Part shown: positions 61,156 to 64,000 of the stretch, piece after piece
Layout of the letters: each line of letters begins with the position of its first letter
Numbering within the stretch: the stretch's first letter is position 1
DNA from: Patescibacteria group bacterium
Lineage (GTDB): Bacteria > Patescibacteriota > Dojkabacteria > J137
Length of the DNA stretch: 64,000 nt
NCBI GenBank assembly: GCA_016861265.1
Contig: BOLA01000001.1
Location: 203,569-267,568 of the forward strand
Reading direction: 5' to 3'
The notes under the pieces: generated by a model
Databases searched by the model: none
The model's input: the letters and a program-made list of their open reading frames with translations, nothing else
Told to the model about the DNA's origin: nothing
Program-made: the position numbers and the translations under genes

Positions 61156-62376
61156 ATGGATATTCAACAGAATACTGGTTCATTGGCACAACCGGTTACA
61201 ACTACACCCGAAGTAGAAGTAAAAATGCCTAAACGAAGAAATAAAGCCTGGATTTATGTAGGTATTACTGCAGGATTAATTGCATTAATAGCCCTTACCG
61301 TAGCCATAACTATATTATTAACTGGTAAAAAAGATTCTACAAACGGGACGGTTGATCAAAATATTGTAAGCTCTCCTAACCAAGAAACGTTACCTGAACA
61401 AGAAACTCCTGCTGAAAAGACTAAGGATATTAGCTTTGATATTAATACCTCAGTTTGGAATGGGAGTAAATCAATTAATGTAAATTTAGTAGTACCTGAA
61501 GACAGTACATATATTCAGGAAAATTCTAGTCATATACTTGGCTATAGAATAATTAACGGCGCTAACTCAATGTATGTGTTTATCCCTTACGAATCTATGC
61601 CTACAGCCTATACATCACTTACGGTTGTTGGGGCAAATTCACAATTTGGGACAATATCAAGATTTACAACATCTGTAGAAACAGATAAGAATACATATAT
61701 GTATACTACAAATGATAACTTAAATGGTATATGTAAGTCGCCAGAGGGAATGTATGGCTACAGTGAACCTTGTGGAGAAAGATTTATGGGAACTGCAAAT
61801 GGAGAATATATATTTATAAGCTGTCCAACTACTTCTAAAGACTTTTGCGATAAGGCAGTTCTAAGCATTAATGTTAAAACAACTGTAGTTGAGGAAAGTA
61901 CAAAATCAATTTCAGCCGAAATCGACTTTGGGGAATGGATGTCGCAGACAGTTCAAAAATTCGAAGTTGCTAACGTTCCGATGAATGCAACGTATACCCA
62001 AGTAAGTGAACAAGGGAACAGAGTAAAGGGTTATAGAATTCAAAATGAAAATTTTAGTTTACTATTATATTATCCATACGAAAGCTTTCCAGGACAAATT
62101 CTTTCTGAAGAAGGTAATATTACTAACGAACAATTTGGCACTATAAAAAGACTTAAGTTCAAAGATGCTGGTGATAATAGTTACTATGTAAACCAGACCA
62201 ATTATTTTGATTGCAGCGAGATAAATGTAAGCGGCTGGGAAGGCAAATGTGCCGGCTTCTTTATGAAAGAAAGCGATGGAACAAATGGTGAACATATATT
62301 TGCGATTTGTGAAAAAGGTTTCGAAACTTGCGACAAGATTATCGCTACATTAAAAGTCTCTTCCAGACAATTGTAA
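61156..62376 (+). CDS. Membrane-anchored protein with a duplicated ~155-aa domain
   Basis: GYRI..PYES.P..QFGTI.R..NGE.IF..C...CDK occurs twice. Confidence 0.8.
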   Translation: MDIQQNTGSLAQPVTTTPEVEVKMPKRRNKAWIYVGITAGLIALIALTVAITILLTGKKDSTNGTVDQNIVSSPNQETLPEQETPAEKTKDISFDINTSVWNGSKSINVNLVVPEDSTYIQENSSHILGYRIINGANSMYVFIPYESMPTAYTSLTVVGANSQFGTISRFTTSVETDKNTYMYTTNDNLNGICKSPEGMYGYSEPCGERFMGTANGEYIFISCPTTSKDFCDKAVLSINVKTTVVEESTKSISAEIDFGEWMSQTVQKFEVANVPMNATYTQVSEQGNRVKGYRIQNENFSLLLYYPYESFPGQILSEEGNITNEQFGTIKRLKFKDAGDNSYYVNQTNYFDCSEINVSGWEGKCAGFFMKESDGTNGEHIFAICEKGFETCDKIIATLKVSSRQL

Positions 62377-62381
62377 TTACC

Positions 62382-62418
62382 AAGGCTAGAGTCTTCTTCG
62401 GATTCTAGCCTTTGTTTC
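62382..62418 (+). terminator. Terminator hairpin overlapping the rel 3' end
   Basis: AAGGCTAGAGTCT/GGATTCTAGCCTT followed by TGTTTC. Confidence 0.65.
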
Positions 62419-63840
62419 TGTCATAAATGCATGTTTTAGCCAGTCAAGACTAACATTATCTTTCTTTTGAATTATTATTTCGACAACATCTCCAGTTTGT
62501 AAGACATAATCCATACTTACCATTTTACCGTTGACCTTTGCACCTATGTATTTATAGCCAATATCTGTATGTATTCTGAATGCAAAATCAATTGGGGTTG
62601 ATCCTTTGTCGAGTCTAATAACCAATCCTTTAGGCGTGAATACAAAAACACTATCTGCAAATAGTTTTATTCTATATTTATCATTACCCTTTTCCTGCCA
62701 CTTTAATAGATCCTCTGTTAGTGTAAAATTACCATTTTCACCTTTTGACTTTAGTTTATATAAAACATGACTTGCCGGTCCATATTCATTGTACTCGTGC
62801 ATTTCCATGGTCCTTATCTGAAGCTCAAGAGTAGTATCCATGTAATTAAGTAGTAAATGTATTGACTTATAACCGTTTGGTTTTGGGTTTGAGATATAGT
62901 CATTAAATTCTTCTGGTTTAATACCGTATTTAGACTGTACTAAGCCCAATACCATATAACATTCCTCTACCGTATTGACTATTACCCTTGCTGCGTAAAT
63001 ATCGAATAGATTCCTAACTAGTTCAGGTGTGAGTTCAGTATTATCTGTTAAGAATTTCCTTTTAATCTTTAGATATGCACTGTAGATTCCTTTTTTTCTA
63101 ACCTGTATAGGGTGACAGTTAATATTATATTGCTTAAGCATGTTAGTAATTTCCTGTTCAAATGTACTAAAGATATTCTGCGAACTCTTAAAATAATTCT
63201 CTATTTGATCGGTAATTATTTTATATTCCTTTGGTTTTAATATTTTGAAGGCTTGTTCCTCTATTAATGACTGCACTATTCCTAATCCTAGGTATTCAGC
63301 TAAAGGTCCATATATCTTTAGTGCTCTTTCGGCTGCTCTTTTTTGTTTTTCTTCAGATAAAGAACTTATATTTAGTAGACTGTGAAGCTTTTCAAGTAGT
63401 CTTACTATTAAAATTCTCACATCTTCTGTTGCATTAAAGATAAGCTTCTTAAAATTCTCCATATCCAGGTGCTCATCGTCAATTTCTACATTTTGTGAAA
63501 GTTTTCTAATATGGGACAGTCCATCTACAATAAAGGCAACGTCTGTACCAAATTGCTTATCGATTTCATTCATAGAAACAGGAGATCGCTCCAGAACATC
63601 GTGAAGTATTGCAGCAACTACCGATACTACATCTAAATTCAGCTCTGCTACATATTTTGCAACTGTAAGAACATGTGAAATTTGAGTTTCTCCAGATATT
63701 CTTAGTGAATCTGTATGTACACTAAGTGCGTATTTATAAGCCGCAGTAATTAAATCCATTTCCTTTGGATCCAAGTCTTTTGGAAGAAAACTCTTAAGCT
63801 CCTCCAGTGTATTTATGGCCGTAAGATCAAAATTATGCAT
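62386..63840 (-). CDS. RelA/SpoT family (p)ppGpp synthetase/hydrolase (HD-SYNTH-TGS)
   Basis: LHDVLE, YKSIH, ELQIRT, TPIDFAFRIHTDIG. Confidence 0.93.
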   Translation of the reverse strand: MHNFDLTAINTLEELKSFLPKDLDPKEMDLITAAYKYALSVHTDSLRISGETQISHVLTVAKYVAELNLDVVSVVAAILHDVLERSPVSMNEIDKQFGTDVAFIVDGLSHIRKLSQNVEIDDEHLDMENFKKLIFNATEDVRILIVRLLEKLHSLLNISSLSEEKQKRAAERALKIYGPLAEYLGLGIVQSLIEEQAFKILKPKEYKIITDQIENYFKSSQNIFSTFEQEITNMLKQYNINCHPIQVRKKGIYSAYLKIKRKFLTDNTELTPELVRNLFDIYAARVIVNTVEECYMVLGLVQSKYGIKPEEFNDYISNPKPNGYKSIHLLLNYMDTTLELQIRTMEMHEYNEYGPASHVLYKLKSKGENGNFTLTEDLLKWQEKGNDKYRIKLFADSVFVFTPKGLVIRLDKGSTPIDFAFRIHTDIGYKYIGAKVNGKMVSMDYVLQTGDVVEIIIQKKDNVSLDWLKHAFMTETKARIRRRL

Positions 63841-63879
63841 GCCCTATAATTACAAGTACACTTATTTTAACAGAACTAG

Positions 63880-64000
63880 TCAATTAGTCTGAGTCTCTTT
63901 TGAAAATTTTACGAATACGAAATAAAGAAGTACAGGCAGAGCCGCTATCGAAGTAATTGAGAAGGCGATACTTGAATTGAACCTATCGATTAAAGCTCCC
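63880..64000 (-). CDS. 3' end of a probable MFS transporter (partial)
   Basis: GALIDRF..IAFSITSIAALPVLLYFVF..*. Confidence 0.55.
   Translation of the reverse strand, partial: GALIDRFNSSIAFSITSIAALPVLLYFVFVKFSKETQTN

Noticed and set aside
1-64000. Alternative genetic code (TGA=Gly), prophage or IS elements
   Set aside because: Conserved genes are full length under code 11 and several end in TGA; no integrase, transposase or phage genes recognised.

Overview
AT-rich bacterial chromosome segment, read with the standard code (TGA is used as a stop). The gene content points to a Patescibacteria/CPR genome, possibly Dojkabacteria-like; this is inference from the many orphans, membrane-anchored surface proteins, trimmed PheT/Rel and few metabolic genes. 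Housekeeping genes: rplU-rpmA, proS, asnB, thrS, dus, sufB, leuS, rnpB, rdgB, two lepB, FKBP, typA, an OmpR/BaeS-like pair, recO (frameshifted), pheT, sufC, hemW, rluA-family, rel. Most notable: (1) an unannotated, apparently leaderless 16-aa peptide MKKLRIAFTTTTTTTP directly upstream of thrS, a candidate Thr-sensing attenuator with no classic terminator; (2) an RNase P RNA with a ~140-nt structured insertion and apparent loss of P9, P16/P17, P18 and the L15 loop; (3) a GC-richer GT-C/GT2/GH113 operon with a structured, boxA-like leader; (4) orphan proteins sharing a C-terminal -EA/-AA end; (5) two surface proteins with shared sorting signals and near-identical promoters; (6) widespread leaderless starts. 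No CRISPR array, tRNA, rRNA or transposase was seen. All family calls are from motif recognition by eye, not database searches.
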